From the NCBI RefSeq assembly GCF_009914755.1, contig NC_060942.1: a stretch of DNA of 64,000 nucleotides; one strand, 5' to 3'. Below, one piece after another: positions 12,964 through 27,840 of this stretch. How positions within the stretch are numbered: position 1 is the first letter of the stretch; every line of letters starts with the position of its first letter. The notes beneath the pieces were generated by a model. The model did not search any database and was not told the DNA's origin. It saw only the letters and a program-made list of their open reading frames with translations. Both the position numbers and the translations under genes were made by a program. Source of the DNA: the human T2T-CHM13v2.0 reference genome, Homo sapiens.

Positions 12964-13413
12964 ACAGCTGCTATATTTTTGTTGGTTGAAAAAGCTCTGA
13001 ACTAAATTTTGTCTTCAAGTCTCCTTACACCACTGCTGGGAAGAACATCTACATGCTTATTGGGCACATTTGTTTTCTGTCGTTTAGAGAGGTCCTTCAT
13101 CAATGAGTATTGATTATTGTGTCACGTAGTATATTGCTCATACAAATTCTGAAGTCAAATTGTTTTTAAAAATCTAAATTGGTCACATCTTAGCCTTGGC
13201 GTTTACATTTTTTTCCAGCAATATGAACTGAGTGGTCCCTCATATCTGCCATCTTCATAGCCAAACCTGTTACTTTTCACCCAGAAAAGAAATCTTCCTT
13301 TGACATTTTCTCATGAGTAACGATAATGAATTTGATAATTTACTAGTGGAAAGGGTATGATGCCTAACTTACACTGAACTAGATCCTATTGTGTTTATAC
13401 CGGGCACAACTCA

Positions 13414-13748
<335 letters not shown>

Positions 13749-14294
13749 AAAAGACAAACAATGCAAGCTGATTGGAGACACCTGTTTGCTTATTTTTGCC
13801 ACTAATCATTATACGTTATTTAAAAGCAAGAGATGATTAAATCCATCTTTCAGGTCATTTAGTTAAGTTTTTTTTTTTTTAAATTTTTACAAGCTCTCAA
13901 GGTCTTTGACTACTGCCAATTCTCAAGCCATTCAGATAAGAAAGCATTGCTGCCAAGTATGTATATTAAATGCTTCTTCAGAAGTTCACTGAAATTCAAA
14001 CATTACAACTATAATTAGGATACCAAGAATAGGACATTACTGGTACTTTAATGTGAAACCAGGACCTAATACACATATGTTGGGAAGTGTTATTTAAAGA
14101 CTTCTGCTATGGGGTTATATTTAAAAAATTGATTATCTCTCTTTTTATTCTCTCTCTTATGAAAATGACAAGAATTGTTTTTTCTTATGTTTTAGATAAA
14201 CACTAGAAAAGTAAATTTTAAAAATGAATTCATGTCTTACTTTAAAAAATATTTTGTACATTTGCATTGGGTTAAATAAAGAAGATAACTTTCT

Positions 14295-14578
14295 GTCCAG
14301 GTGCAGTGGCTCATGCCTGTAATCCCAGCATTTTGGGAGGCTGAGGTGGGCAGATCACTTGAAGTCAGGAGTTTGAGACCAGCCTGGCCAACATGGTGAA
14401 ACCCCGTCTGTACTAAAAATACAAAAATTAGCTGCGTGTGGTGGCATGCGCCTGTAATCCCAGCTGCTTGGGAGACTGAGGCAGGAGAATCACTTGAACT
14501 CGGGAGGTGAAGGTTGCAGTGAGCTGAGATCATGCTCCAGTCTGGGTGATAGAGCTAGACTCAGTTTCAAAAAAAAAA
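14295..14578 (+). mobile_element. AluS (Sx/Sz-like)
   Basis: Alu dimer with A tail; small deletion in the right arm. Confidence 0.93.
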
Positions 14579-14602
14579 GAACTTCCAGCAAGGGCTTCAG
14601 TT

Positions 14603-15036
14603 CTGCAGTGTCCACTATGGTAGCTGCTGGCCACATGTGGCTGTTGAGAACTTGCTATGTGACTAGCACAACTCAGAAACTGAATTTTTAATTTTAATTA
14701 ATTAAAATGTTACTTTAAAATCTGAAGTAGTGTAAAGTGTTTTTTTCATTAACCATAACTTTATTGTTTCCATAGACTACATTTTTCTTCAATGATTGCA
14801 TCATGTAATCTACTATTTTCTATTATAATACACATGTTCAGCCTATCTATCATTTCTAGCATCTAATGAATAATTTCTTATATTGATAGCATGCTGCAAT
14901 AATACTTTCAATATCCTGGCTTAAATAATATATCATTAAATTAATTTCCCCTATTGCATTTTGCTTTTTGAAATGCAGCTTTTCAAAATGTAATTTATAT
15001 ATATGGCTTACATTGTATTTTTATTGGATATTGCTG
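14603..15036. mobile_element. hAT-Charlie element (MER33/Charlie1-like)
   Basis: gtgtccactatggtagctgctggccacatgtggc at the left end and tggcttacattgtatttttattggatattgctg terminus at the right end. Confidence 0.75.
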
Positions 15037-15164
15037 ATCCAGAAGAAAGCGACAGAGTAAAAAACAACAGCAACAACAAAAAATACACCAACAAGTAAAT
15101 AATGATGAAATCTGGAGAGTCTTACAAATTTACTTGTTCTTTCTGCCTAAGTTAAAACCTTGTA

Positions 15165-15725
15165 AAGTACCACATGATCCAGCAATTCTATTTCTGGGGT
15201 ATATACCAAAAAAATGGAAAGCAGGGTCTGAAGAGATATATTTGTACACCCATGTTCACAGCAGCATAATTCAAAATAGTCAAGAGGTGGAAGCAACTCA
15301 AGTGCCCATTGTTGCATGAATGGATAAATAAAATGCAATATATACATACAATTGAATCAGTCTTAAAAAGGAAGGAAATTCTGGCACATACTACAACATG
15401 GATGAAATTTGATGTTATGAAATTAGCTAGTCACAAAACCACAAATATTGTATGATTCTACTTATATAAATTACCCAGAGTAGTCAAATTTATTGAGACA
15501 GACAGTGAAATCGTGCTTGCCAGGGACAGAGGGATGGAAGAATGGGGAGTTACTGTTTAAGGAATACAGAGTTTCAGTTGTGCAAGATGAAAAGATTTCT
15601 GTGAATGGGTGGTGGGGACAGTTGCACAACAATGTGAATGTACTTAATGCCACTGAACATTTTTAACACATAAACATGGTTAAAATGGTAAGTTTTATGT
15701 GTATTTTATAATTTTAAAAAATAAA
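15165..15725 (+). mobile_element. L1MB-type 3' end
   Basis: ORF2 C-terminal remnant (catgatccagcaattcta) plus 3'UTR gaatggggagttactgtttaa...gcacaacaatgtgaatgtacttaatgccactgaac and A-rich tail. Confidence 0.88.
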
Positions 15726-16209
15726 TAAATAATTTTTAAAAATCATATAGCTATATTGCTCCTATTGCTGCAGAAAGATATAGTCCATTTCAAGTTACCA
15801 TGAAGGTTAAGGAAAAATATTAAATTTAATGTACTTCATATTTGCTTATCTATATGTCCTGGGATGAACATTTTTAAATGGCAAGAAAGCTAGCAGATTA
15901 GGTAAGAAAAATGGCCAGAGAAAACAAGATAAAAGTTCATTAAATAAAGTCAGGTTTTGAATGTAGTGTTTTGTTTGTCTCTGGATATCAGTGAAACAGA
16001 GAACTATTCGTTTTCAGAGAAGGCTTGGTAAAATTGCATTTCGGGGACTTTTTGGAGGAGGAAAGGACTATATCTGACTGACAAGTACAGATTGTTTCTA
16101 TACAGTGTGAAATGTATTAGAGATTTATAGTCATACTAATAACTAGGCCATAGTAAAGGTGTGTAAGGAAATGAAGGTAAGCTAGGGTAGACGGACATTT
16201 GCCAAGGAC

Positions 16210-16277
16210 TCAAAATGTAATTTATATATATGGCTTACATTGTATTTTTATTGGATATTGCTAATCTAGAAGAAAGC
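16210..16277 (+). repeat. 68-bp local direct copy of 14983-15050
   Basis: 66/68 identical; includes the hAT terminus plus 14 bp of its unique flank. Confidence 0.92.
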
Positions 16278-18249
16278 AATGTTGGAAAGATGTTCAAAGA
16301 AAGGCATGGGGATCATCCCACCCTTTAAATGGTCCAAATGGAAGCCAAGATACTGGATCACGTCTAAGAAAATTTAAATATGCTAGCTACACTCAATAAT
16401 GTAGTAATTCATGGTCATCTGTAACTCCTCAGTGTGAATTAATTAATCAGATCACTCAGCTGCTTCTGAAAGGGACCCCTGGTTCTGGTGTCCCCCACAA
16501 CAGGTACCTCCCTTTGTGGGTCTCTCTGTTTTCCCACTAAAGCTTAGCCTTTCTTGGAATTCCTCCAACTGCCACTCAAGTCATAACCTCACTTCTGGGG
16601 TGAGTGGACTTGAGGTGTTTCATGTTTCCTTAGAGTTTCATGGCTTCTCTGTTGTCCTACGAATGCTCTTATCTGGGGATTTTCAGTTAAATAATCAGAC
16701 AATGTATATGATTGATTTCTATACTGCATGGCTCAAGTGACATACATTCACTTTAGAAGGTTTTAAGTTGCACAGTATACAAGTATATCATTTACAGTTG
16801 ATTAAAATGTTTGTGGTCATTTCTATTTAAAAGAACAAGTTAGGCATCTGTTTCTTGGTTAGAAATAAGCACCTCATTTTTTTACCCTGTGTGAAAATCA
16901 GGTATGACTTAACACTCCTTGCACAAGCCAGGCTGAGGATCTCTGATATTCTATTTCTGTGTGCATTTGTAATCCTTTGTTTATACAAATGACACTTTCA
17001 GCTAGTCAAAATATGCATTTACCTAGAATGCTCAATTACAGGTCATGTCACATAAGAGTGTAGTTACTGTCATTATTATATTGACTGATACAGAGATACA
17101 CACACCTAGGTTGCCCTTTGATACAACTTCCACGATAAATTAGTTGATCATTCAACACATACATATGAGCCTAATAGCATGAGCCCAATTTTGTCAAGAC
17201 CTGCTTCGTCTCATGCTGCCTTGATGAGATTTGTCATCTAGCTCTTGAATATTCATTTTTATTTGAGTTACTTTCTATTTCAATTGGGAATTATTTGTGA
17301 TTTGTGTTTGTAATACCATATTTAATTGAAGATGAAAGTGTAAAGTAATTTTTGGCTAACACCAACTATGAAATTATTCTCCACTTCCTCTTCTGGGTAA
17401 AAGAAACACATACATGTTGTTTGTGAAAGAGTCAACACAGATTAAAGTTTCTCTTTTTCAGTTACACAAGGAGGCACCCTGTGAAATTTATTGTGATGCA
17501 GCTGAAGATAATACTTCTCCCCTGCCACCTAAAGAAAGCATGTTTCCAGTCTCAACTGTGAGCAAATAAATCCTGTTTGGTGTAGTATAATAGCAATCCA
17601 AATTAAACATCAAATATGTGGAGGGAATTTCAGGTAGATGTGTTCATATCTGTACTTTGACTATGTGGTGTGACATGGCAATTTCTCCTTCATTAGCTAC
17701 TTAGCATTTCAGATTTGTCTAGTCTGCATACACACACTCCTTTAAATGCAGTGTTACACGATAAAATTTAAGGTATTTTAAAAATAATGTGGCACAGCTG
17801 TGTTGCTATTTAATCTCTATCATAAATTCGACTGGCTGGAAAATGAAATTTGTTTAAAGATAAAACCTGTAGGACTTCTTTTAATGAACAGCCCAAGTGT
17901 AAGTCTTCCATTTTGAGGAAGGGAAAACGCATCTAAGAGACTTCATTTCATTCAATAATAAATATTGTTCCGAAACCATAAACCCAGAGAAAATTGGTTG
18001 CTTTTAAAAATAGACTTCATTAACATAGTTCAGAGAGCCAGGTCTTCAGGAAAGCTGCTTAAAAAAGCAAACATGCTGGAGATGGATTGCCTGGGAGGCC
18101 GAGGCAGAAAATTGGTAGTTCAGAACTACAGGATGGAAAAATGTGAGACTTTGTTTATACCAACCTGGGCCACTGGGCATAAGATCTTAGGAAAAAATAT
18201 TTTGCTTCTTTTTTCAGCAATTCCTTGGGGTCTGTGTTAAGCCAGATGT

Positions 18250-18760
18250 GGATCACAGGTCTGGGTTCAAGTCTCAATTCTGCCATCTGCTAGCTAACCC
18301 AAGTGACCTTGACCAAGTCACATAGCAGGGCAGTGCAAAATGACCAGGCTTTGCTATCACACAGACCTAGATCCAGGGGCACACTGGTCAATGTTTAAAA
18401 CTGAATGAACCCTGGTTTGTAGTGTTTGCCAATCTCCATGTGTAAATACTCCCACCATGGCCAATTTTAAGCTACCTGCATGACCTCACTGAATGCAGAG
18501 CTGGGAAGAGAGGAGCACAATCAGTTTTCTCCAGACAGCTTTCCAGATATTATAAGCTGGCTCCAGCAAGCCACAGCCTAGGTTCCATTTCTGGTTCCAC
18601 CAGTTAATAAATGGGGCCTAAAGCAAGTAATTTAACCTTCCCAATCTCAGCTTTCCAATTTTTAAAATGTTGACCATAAACAAACTTTACATGTTCATTT
18701 AAAGGCTCAAATAGAAGATACTGGGCGCAGAGCCTGAAAATAGTGGTTCAATAAACATCA
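18250..18760 (+). mobile_element. MIR fragments flanking and interrupted by MER63
   Basis: ctgggttcaagtctcaattctgccat...gtgaccttgaccaagtcac; gcaagtaatttaaccttc...ctcagcttt. Confidence 0.65.
18374..18577. mobile_element. MER63A-like (hAT-Blackjack)
   Basis: tgtaaatactcccaccatggccaattttaagctacc...gctggctccagcaagccacag; cctag on both sides. Confidence 0.8.
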
Positions 18761-18794
18761 GTTCCCCAACTTAATGGCCTAAGGATTAAGCTCT

Positions 18795-18842
18795 TCTCTC
18801 TCTATCTCTCTCTCTCTCTCCCTCCCTCCCTCTCTCTCTCTT
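18795..18842. repeat. (TC)n/(TCCC)n microsatellite
   Basis: Read directly from the sequence. Confidence 0.85.
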
Positions 18843-18899
18843 TTATATCTTCTTCCTTCTCACTCTCCTTCCTTTCACATATTCCTTGAAAGAACAAGT

Positions 18900-20370
18900 C
18901 TGCATTTGTCTTATATTTGCTCCCCAACCCCTTGTCACTTGGTTTTCACTTACAGAATTCCTCCAGCATAATTTCTCTGTGGTGATGAGTAGATATCTCC
19001 CTGCAACTCCAATAGATGTTTTCAGTGCTTATTTTACTTGCTCACTCTGTGGCACTGGACAGGTTTGACCAGTCCCTCCTTTTAACTTTCTGTCTTTCTT
19101 GGATTCAGAGACAGAGAATGCTGTTGATTCTCACAGGACAGCTTTGATTTATCTTTCCTAGGGTCTCGGTCTCTGAGTTATCTTACTGTGTTCTTTGTTA
19201 ATGTTGGGGATGTTCTAAGGATTCAGCCTTGCCTTGTCTCTTTTCTCACTCCTGACTGCCTTTGGAGCTCATTCATATCCAGGGCTTCAACTCTTATCCA
19301 GGAACCAATTACTTAAAAGGCAAATCTGCATCTCTCTGAAGTTCTAGGCTCTATTGCCCATAACCTACCACTTATTTGACATTCTTGACAAAATTCTGTC
19401 CCCATATCACACATGCCACATTATAATCAACATAGATACGACTTAATTTATTATTTTCTCCACCAAACTTGTCTCTCTCCCCGTATTCCCTACACAGGTT
19501 GCAGTATACATCTCTTCTCTAAGGTGGGAAACCTAAGAGTTATCCTCCCGTACCTTCCATATCCAACCAGGTCAGTTTGATCTTGTAAATGTATCTGGAT
19601 TCCATTTTCTTGGCTTCCTCTCTAATGTCACTGTCTTAGTAAAGACACCTCAGACCTTCATCCTGTTATTCTTGGGTAATTAAAATGATATGCTTCCTGA
19701 TTTCCTTGCCTCCCGTCAATTTCTCTTCCAATCCATACTTCCGCTGAGGTTTTTAGAAACCTCTCTCCTGGAGAGATTTTTAGAAAATGCAGATGGATTC
19801 TGTAATTCCTTGTACTTCATTAGCTTTCAGCACTTACTGCATGAAGTCCAAACTCCATGGAACGGCATAGATGGTCCTTGTTGATTCTAGTGTGTGCCTA
19901 CATTTTGGCCACATCTCCCACCTCTTGTTTATGACTCTGTTCCAGGCTTATTAAATCACTAAGCTTTCCCTCAATAGGCCATGCCTTTTCCCACTACCTT
20001 CATCTCTCTGGCAATGTCTCTTTCATTAACTATTAGGTGTTTCAGATTTGTTTAGTTTGCATAAACACACTCCTTTGGACAGCGAGCCCTTCCCCCCCCT
20101 TTATTTTAACCTGGTAAACTACTCCAATTCTTTCTTCAAGGACTGACTCAAGTCTCGCCTCTTCCAGGAAGCCCTCCCTGAAATTCCTCATGATACCTTG
20201 TACATCATTCTCTAAAAGGCACTCTTCACACCATGTTGTAATCATGTGTACTTGCTTTTCTCCCTGAACTGAATGTGAGTGAATTAAGGGTATTTATCCC
20301 ACATCTTATTCACCTTTGCATCTCTGATGTTAAGAACAAGTCCTGGACCATTAAAATATTTATCAAATTG
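18900..20370 (+). mobile_element. Long L2 fragment
   Basis: Collinear L2 3' region ending cctcttccaggaagccctccctga...aaatatttatcaaattgaa. Confidence 0.75.
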
Positions 20371-22079
20371 AAAGTACCAACTTATAAATACCTCAGATTC
20401 CTTCTCTGCCCCTTTTGTGGTGCCTGAAGTGCTGTCAAGAAAATAGCTTTTATAAGCTACGAACAAGTTAGGATGATAAGCATTTTAAGCTTGATTCTAA
20501 CTGGAATAATGATTCTCAAAGTGAGAATGAAACATGTAGATATTGCAAAATACCAATGTCCAAAATAATGGGCTTTTCAAGGATAATAGTTTGCTTAAAT
20601 GTATTTGTCACAATGTCTTCTACCTGCTAACTTCATATGTTTAATGTTGGTCACCAATAATTAAAACTATGACAAAATAGGTCTTTCTCACTCTTGATTT
20701 TTAAGTTTTTTTTTGATAGTGTATAGGAACTATGTCAAAAACACTATAAAAATAGAAATAGCCTAGAGAAAAATCATGCTAAATGTGCTAAATATTATTT
20801 GCATTCAATAAATGTGACATATAATAAAATGAACATGTTATTCATGCACAGATGGAAGATTTTATTCAGTATCTACTTAACTATTTTTTTTATCCTGAAT
20901 GACTGCATGTTCAACGTGTGTTAAAAAGTTTTAAAATGGAGGTGCCATTGCTGTTGTAGAACATTTCCAAGCATCAACACACTCAGTCAAAAAGTAAGCC
21001 GCAAGGGACTGAGTTTGCAAAGCAGATGTTCTACATTTGCTAAATTTCCAATAATGAATTTCACCTTTTGAGTTGAGAAAAAAAAAAAAAAACCATTGTT
21101 CCTCTCTGTGGGTAGCTTTTTGCAAATGATGTAAATGAACAAACCATTTCTAACTTTAGGGATGCTCTAATGTAATAAATGAAAAGTACGCAATTGATTT
21201 CTCCATTCTCTGGTCCACTAGGGCTATTCTTTCCATTATACTTAACTGAATTTGAAAGAGTTCTTCTTTTTGGAAATGTTGGAATATAGATTTAACAGAT
21301 GGTGTTCCCCTAGTTTATGTTAGTAAGCATCCTAACATACCTTTTTCTAAACAATAATTTATAATCCACTTTTCTTCACAAGAATTCCTCTTTGCACTTT
21401 ATGCTGTGTTGCTTTCTAATATCGAGAATTCCATGGCCCACAAAGAGGTCTTTCTTCTGATGAGATAAAGGTACTTCAAACAATGAAGTTTTTACATAAA
21501 ATCTATGAAATAGCTGATCTTTTTAAAAATTTTCCCGGTAAAGAGAATCAAGGGAAAATAGAAAATTGATGACATCAGGTATTTGCCTCCTCATATGTAT
21601 CCACTTATCATTATATCACCATATATTTTATAATATTCTTTACCAAGCCAAATCGCCAAATTTAGTTTTGATGTTTCTAACCATATTCTATGACTATGAC
21701 ATAGACTTTCAAGCTTAGTGTCAAGGAGGATATAATTTGAATGGGTTTTCAAAAATGACAATGAATGATACCAAGTGATACATACTCTCTTGTGAAGTTA
21801 TTTCTGGCTTATGAAAAATAGCATCACACATGAATCAATAGCCCGGACTGCAATCAGTGTAGACGGACTCTAAATAGAAGTCACTAAATAGACTACAGGA
21901 CAGTTTTATTCCATAGTCCTGGCACCATCAGCTAGACGCTTTACTGAGAAACTCAGTCGAAACTAAATTAGTGTAATCTTTGGAACATGATTCACTCAGT
22001 TATATAATGAAATGAAAGCCACTTAAGTTTTGTTGACCACCATTATACATAGTAGAGCCATTTCAATTAAGTGAAAATG

Positions 22080-22290
22080 GCAATAGAATCATAGACACAA
22101 AATTAGAAAAAACGTTGGCAATGATTTAACCAAACTCTTTATGAATCTCTTGTCAACATTCTTTTAGGGGGTGCCCAACCCCTGCACATGTTTACAAACA
22201 TAATCTCATTCTTTCCAATGCTAGAGACGTTTCCTTGTTAGGAAGTTATTTCTTACCCTGAATAAAAAGTTACTTCTGTGTAGCTTTCAT
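22080..22290 (-). mobile_element. L3/CR1 3'-end fragment
   Basis: agaatcataga...tgttaggaagttatttctta...ctgtgtagctttcatc resembles the antisense L3 3' end. Confidence 0.5.
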
Positions 22291-23416
22291 CTTAGTGCAA
22301 GACTCTTTAAACAAAGAATTAACCTTAACCAACCAAAAAATGAGGGTCTTGGTAGGTCCCAGTTTTAATAGGAATATTCTGTCTAAAATATTTTCTAATT
22401 TTTTTGTTTCAATTATTATACATTTAGTGCAATAGGATAGGGTAGATTGAAATGGTCCAGAACCTAATATTGGTCTTTCTTAGCCAGGAGATAAACTCAG
22501 CTGTAAACAAGAGGGTGCAGGGTATATAGTAACTGGGGAGGCAGGACATAGAACCTGAGGAAAATGAACTAAGATGTAAAAAATTCCAAGCAGGAAGTCA
22601 GAAATAGGAGTTCCCATGATGTTTTTGGTATCTTAGCCACACACTTTATCTAAAGAAGTCTACATTCAGGCCAGTACCACAGACTGATTGTAGTATTTAT
22701 GACTATAGTGGCAAACAGTATGTTCCAATCTTGAAAACTCAGACTATTGTTACAAATTTAGATTTCCTGATGGCATGATTTGTTGTCATTTGAAATGATT
22801 AGGAGCCCCCTAACATTCCCCTAGAATATGGGCTCTATCCATTAGTTATCCTTAACCTCACCCTCTCATAGAAATCAGGCAATTGACAAGCTACAGATCA
22901 GATAGGGCAAATTAGTAAAAATTCCACTAGTAAAGGGATTTTTCTCATAGCCCTGGTGACCTGTGTTCCCTATCAAAGATGCTGTTGCCTTAAAGATTTT
23001 CCATTTGTTGAAAAGTGTTTTATTAAGCAAGTAACTGAACAAAGCATTAAAGTGATTAGCACTTTGTTTTGAAAAGAAACGTTAGCATGGTGGGGGTGCA
23101 GGAAAGGGTAGGGAGTGGAGATGCCTGAGTCCTTGTCCTGCCTCTGTCTCTAACCTTGGTGTCACCTTGATCACAAATAATTTCAGAAGCCATGACTATT
23201 GAGGGAACCTAATGAGGCATCAGACTTAACACTTTGGCCAACTTAGCTTTCTTCCAAACTGTGCATTTTCTTTAACTAAGAAGGTAGTACATACAGCATT
23301 ATGGAAATAGCATTTAGAAGCAATTTAGAAATTATTTAGAAATAATTTCTCCCCCAAGGAGCAATAATGAAGGTAATCATACCTGTGAGGGACTCAGACA
23401 CTTTCTTGCCTTCATA

Positions 23417-23418
<2 letters not shown>

Positions 23419-23450
<32 letters not shown>
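23419..23450. repeat. (TG)16 microsatellite
   Basis: Perfect TG run. Confidence 0.95.
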
Positions 23451-23452
<2 letters not shown>

Positions 23453-24849
23453 CATGATCAGGCTTTAAAAGGTTCCCAGAGAATGCAAACAATAATATTT
23501 AACAGGAAATTCATGCAGGTATTAAGTTGCCCACTTATCTGAAATGAATGCTAAGATTGGAAAGGACAAAAGAGACAGAAGCTTATGCTGTTTATACACT
23601 TTTAGATTAAGATGGATCTTTGTCTTCTATTGACTATGCTGACTCTTTGGAAACACACATAATATCTTATTACCAGACAGGAAATGAAGCTAAAAGAAGC
23701 TAGTGGATGGGAGTGATTGGTAGCTCTTGCTTATCACAGGAATAGTGGGTTGGTAGAAACTTGGGAAGGATGGCGGGCATAGGTACACATGCCAAATTAG
23801 CGTTCTCTATGATTGTTGGCAATTTCTGGGCACTGTGAGCTGCAACACTGCTCCTATGCAAAGATCGACTTGGTAAATGAAAATCTATCTTACCTCACAA
23901 CTTTAAGCTAAAAGGCAAGTCATGGAAATATGAAAATGTAAAAACTTAATTTTGTATTAGTTAGCAAATACTGACCCCTACTATGTGCAATGGCATTCTG
24001 CCAAAGCATGATTCACTTCTGAATCCATATGAATTTAGAAGTGAAGGCATTCTTAAAATTCCTCCAAAATATAAAGATGCTTCTCAGTTAACACTGTCCT
24101 GAAAAGCATCCACTACATATACGGTTTTAAGAAATAAAATTGAGATTCATAGTCATTTGGGAAAGTAAACTGGTTGTCAACTATCACATCACAATGTCTG
24201 TATTTTAATACTGTTGGTTGCAAGACTTACCTTTAAATAGATAATCATGAAAAAATTAAGCAACATTCCCATCTCATTTTCTTTTGAATGTAATGATTGG
24301 ATGAAAAGGGCATAACTGATGTGAAAGTGAGAAAGCTAAATGTATGAATTTATTTTAATTAAATTAATATCGATCAGTTCAAAAACCATAAACTATTAAT
24401 TTTAGTGTGAATTTTTGAATAATAAATTTTAAAAAATTTAAAGGTGGAAATAAAATCAGGAAATAAAGCTGGAGCCCATTGGACAAAATCTTACCTGAAG
24501 TTACTTTTTGTTCTCTTCTCTTCTCCACTCTCCCTGAAATGAGAAGTGGAAGATAAGTTACAGCATGGAGTCATGAGAATATGATGAAAATAAGATGAAA
24601 GCCCAGTTTACAGCAATTTCCAAACACAACCTCTACTTCAGCCATGTCCAGTGTGCTCCTAGAGATGACTGGGCTCAGCTGACAGGCATAAGAACTGCTT
24701 ACAAACCAATTTATGAAAGTAAAAAATAAATAACTATGCATTAAATGTGCTGTTGGATTTTTAAAATCTTGTTAGCCAGAGTCGTTTACTCAACAATAAA
24801 CTTACAAAGGGCAAATCCCCATAGAAACCATTATGGGGAAAACAGCTAA

Positions 24850-26340
24850 ATAAGACTATGCCCTCTTACAACCCACTTGAAAAAATAGAAAGGACAGACA
24901 ATATAATATGAAGTGAGATGTGCCTCAAATAGTGTAGAATGTTTAAAGATATGAGATGATGAAACAGTTATTTTAAGAAAGGAGGGGGTGCTCATGAAGT
25001 TATGGAGAAAGTGGTATTTGATTTTGACCTTGAGATACAAATGGGATTTGAGAAATTTGAAATAGAGAAATGACTGACTCTTGGCAAAGGAAACAGTATG
25101 GGCTAAATGGACAGGGTATTTGCGCAAGAAGAACTTGCACACTTACAGCAGTGCATAGGAGGAGGACTATCCTAGAGGTTAGACACAAGGCAATGAAAGG
25201 GTGGACTGAGTCATGGCAGTGGGAGTGGAGAGGAGGGAAGTAGTGGATGCAAGAGACCGGGGGGAGGCCGAAATAATAGGGCCCAGTGATTTATAAAATG
25301 TGAGTTGCCAGGAAGGAGAAGAAGTCAAGATGAGTGGTTAGCTAGGTGACTTTGGGTATAGAGATGCAAGTTGGGGAAATGGTATTATAGAATGTGATGA
25401 GGCTGGGAATAACAAGTTCAGTGTTAGACCTACTGACTTTGAAGTACTATGGGGACAAGGAGCTTGTAAGAGGTCAGAAAATTTAACTATCCTAATATAT
25501 ACGCATCTGACATTGGAGCATCCAGGCTTATAAAACAAATACTACTAGATCTAAGAAAAGAGATATAGCCATACAATAATGGTGGGGGACTTCAACAGGC
25601 ACTGACAGCATCAGACAAATCATCGAGGCAGAAAACTAACCAAGCAACTGTGGACTTAAATGAACTTTTGACCAAATGGACCTAACAGACATCTACTGAA
25701 TAGTCCATCCAGCAACCACAGAATGCACATTCTTCTCATCTGTGCACAGAACATTCTCTAAGACTGACCACGTGCTCAGTCATAAAGCAAGTCTCAATAA
25801 ATTCAAAAAAATCTGAGTTGAAATTACAGATGCAAGAAATGTTCATCATAAGATGGCTGAAGCTGAAGGAGTGAATGGGGCATAAAGGCAGACAGCACAG
25901 AGGAGTGGGTGGAGGACAATAACTAAGATAACATGACTGCTGCTTTTGTTTTGTGATGTAGGCCCACGGGAAGTCAGAAGCAGCTGAGATCTGGGGACCT
26001 CAACAAAGTGCAGGCTCCGGTACCACAAATCAAGTTTTAGAAGTATGGGGGTTTTCAACAGCATGTTGCTACTGCTTGCTGAGTTCACATGATTGTTGCT
26101 AGATTGTGAGAGAGTAGTTTTAGCAGAGAGTGGGCAGAGAACACAAGAGAGACTGCGAGGGTTTGGGAAGTAAGTGTGTGATGAGAAAGTGGAGCTGAGG
26201 ACATGGCTTCTTGTTTATCAACTTTGGCAGCCTCCAAATGAGTTGAATAAGTGAAATGGGGTAATAGCTTGACTAGAAGCCAACTAAAGGTTTTTGCTAA
26301 GTTATGGAAATCCTAAGCATGCTTATAGACTTAGGTAAGA
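24850..26340 (-). mobile_element. L2 fragment interrupted by an L1 piece
   Basis: Purine-rich antisense L2 (ggcagtgggagtggagaggaggg, aagttcagtgttagac, gagagtagttttagcagag). Confidence 0.7.
25476..25812 (+). mobile_element. Internal L1 ORF2 endonuclease-domain fragment
   Basis: atcctaatatatacgca..., gggggacttcaac (GDFN), gacctaacagacatctac, cattcttctcatctgtgcac, gaccacgtgctcagtcataaa; no L1 3'UTR. Confidence 0.88.
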
Positions 26341-26999
26341 AACTGTGTACCTGGGCAATGGTGTGTATGAACACCACGGTGGAGGTGAGGACCGTGGTTT
26401 GGGATAAGTGAAGACCATCCTTCCAGCTGTCACTTTTTTTTGTCATCTATCAACATTCCACAGCTGGAGCTAGTTACTGAGAAGTTAGGCCACACGTTGA
26501 AGCTACATGTAAACTTTATCCAAGCTTTTCTAACAGCCCTTCGAGTCTTTTAAAATCCTAACATATAAGGTGGAAAATGTACAATCTTCCCTTATGTCGC
26601 TGCCAAAAGTGTAGAATTCATTTAACTGGCACCTTGATTAATGGCATGTTATATTCATTTGGGTGATTTCCAGAGGACTTGTTTGATGCAATTTATTTCA
26701 ATGATTCCAACAGATAAATAGCATGAATAATCCATTTAAAGGCCTCATTCATTATGAAGTGTGACAGGGTACCTTCTCATTTAAGTTTTCCACTGGGCAA
26801 GCCACTGCTTACTGTTGGATTATTCACTTATGAATACTAGAGGCCTCGGACATTTTCATAAATTTTAAAAAATGGTATTCAAGGCTTGAATTGTAAAATA
26901 TGTAAACAAAAACAACTTTTTGGAGTGTCTTTAACCTATATTAGAATAAGTCACTAATTCTGAAAGTTGGAAGTGTATGTATTTGAGATAAATAATATG

Positions 27000-27840
<841 letters not shown>

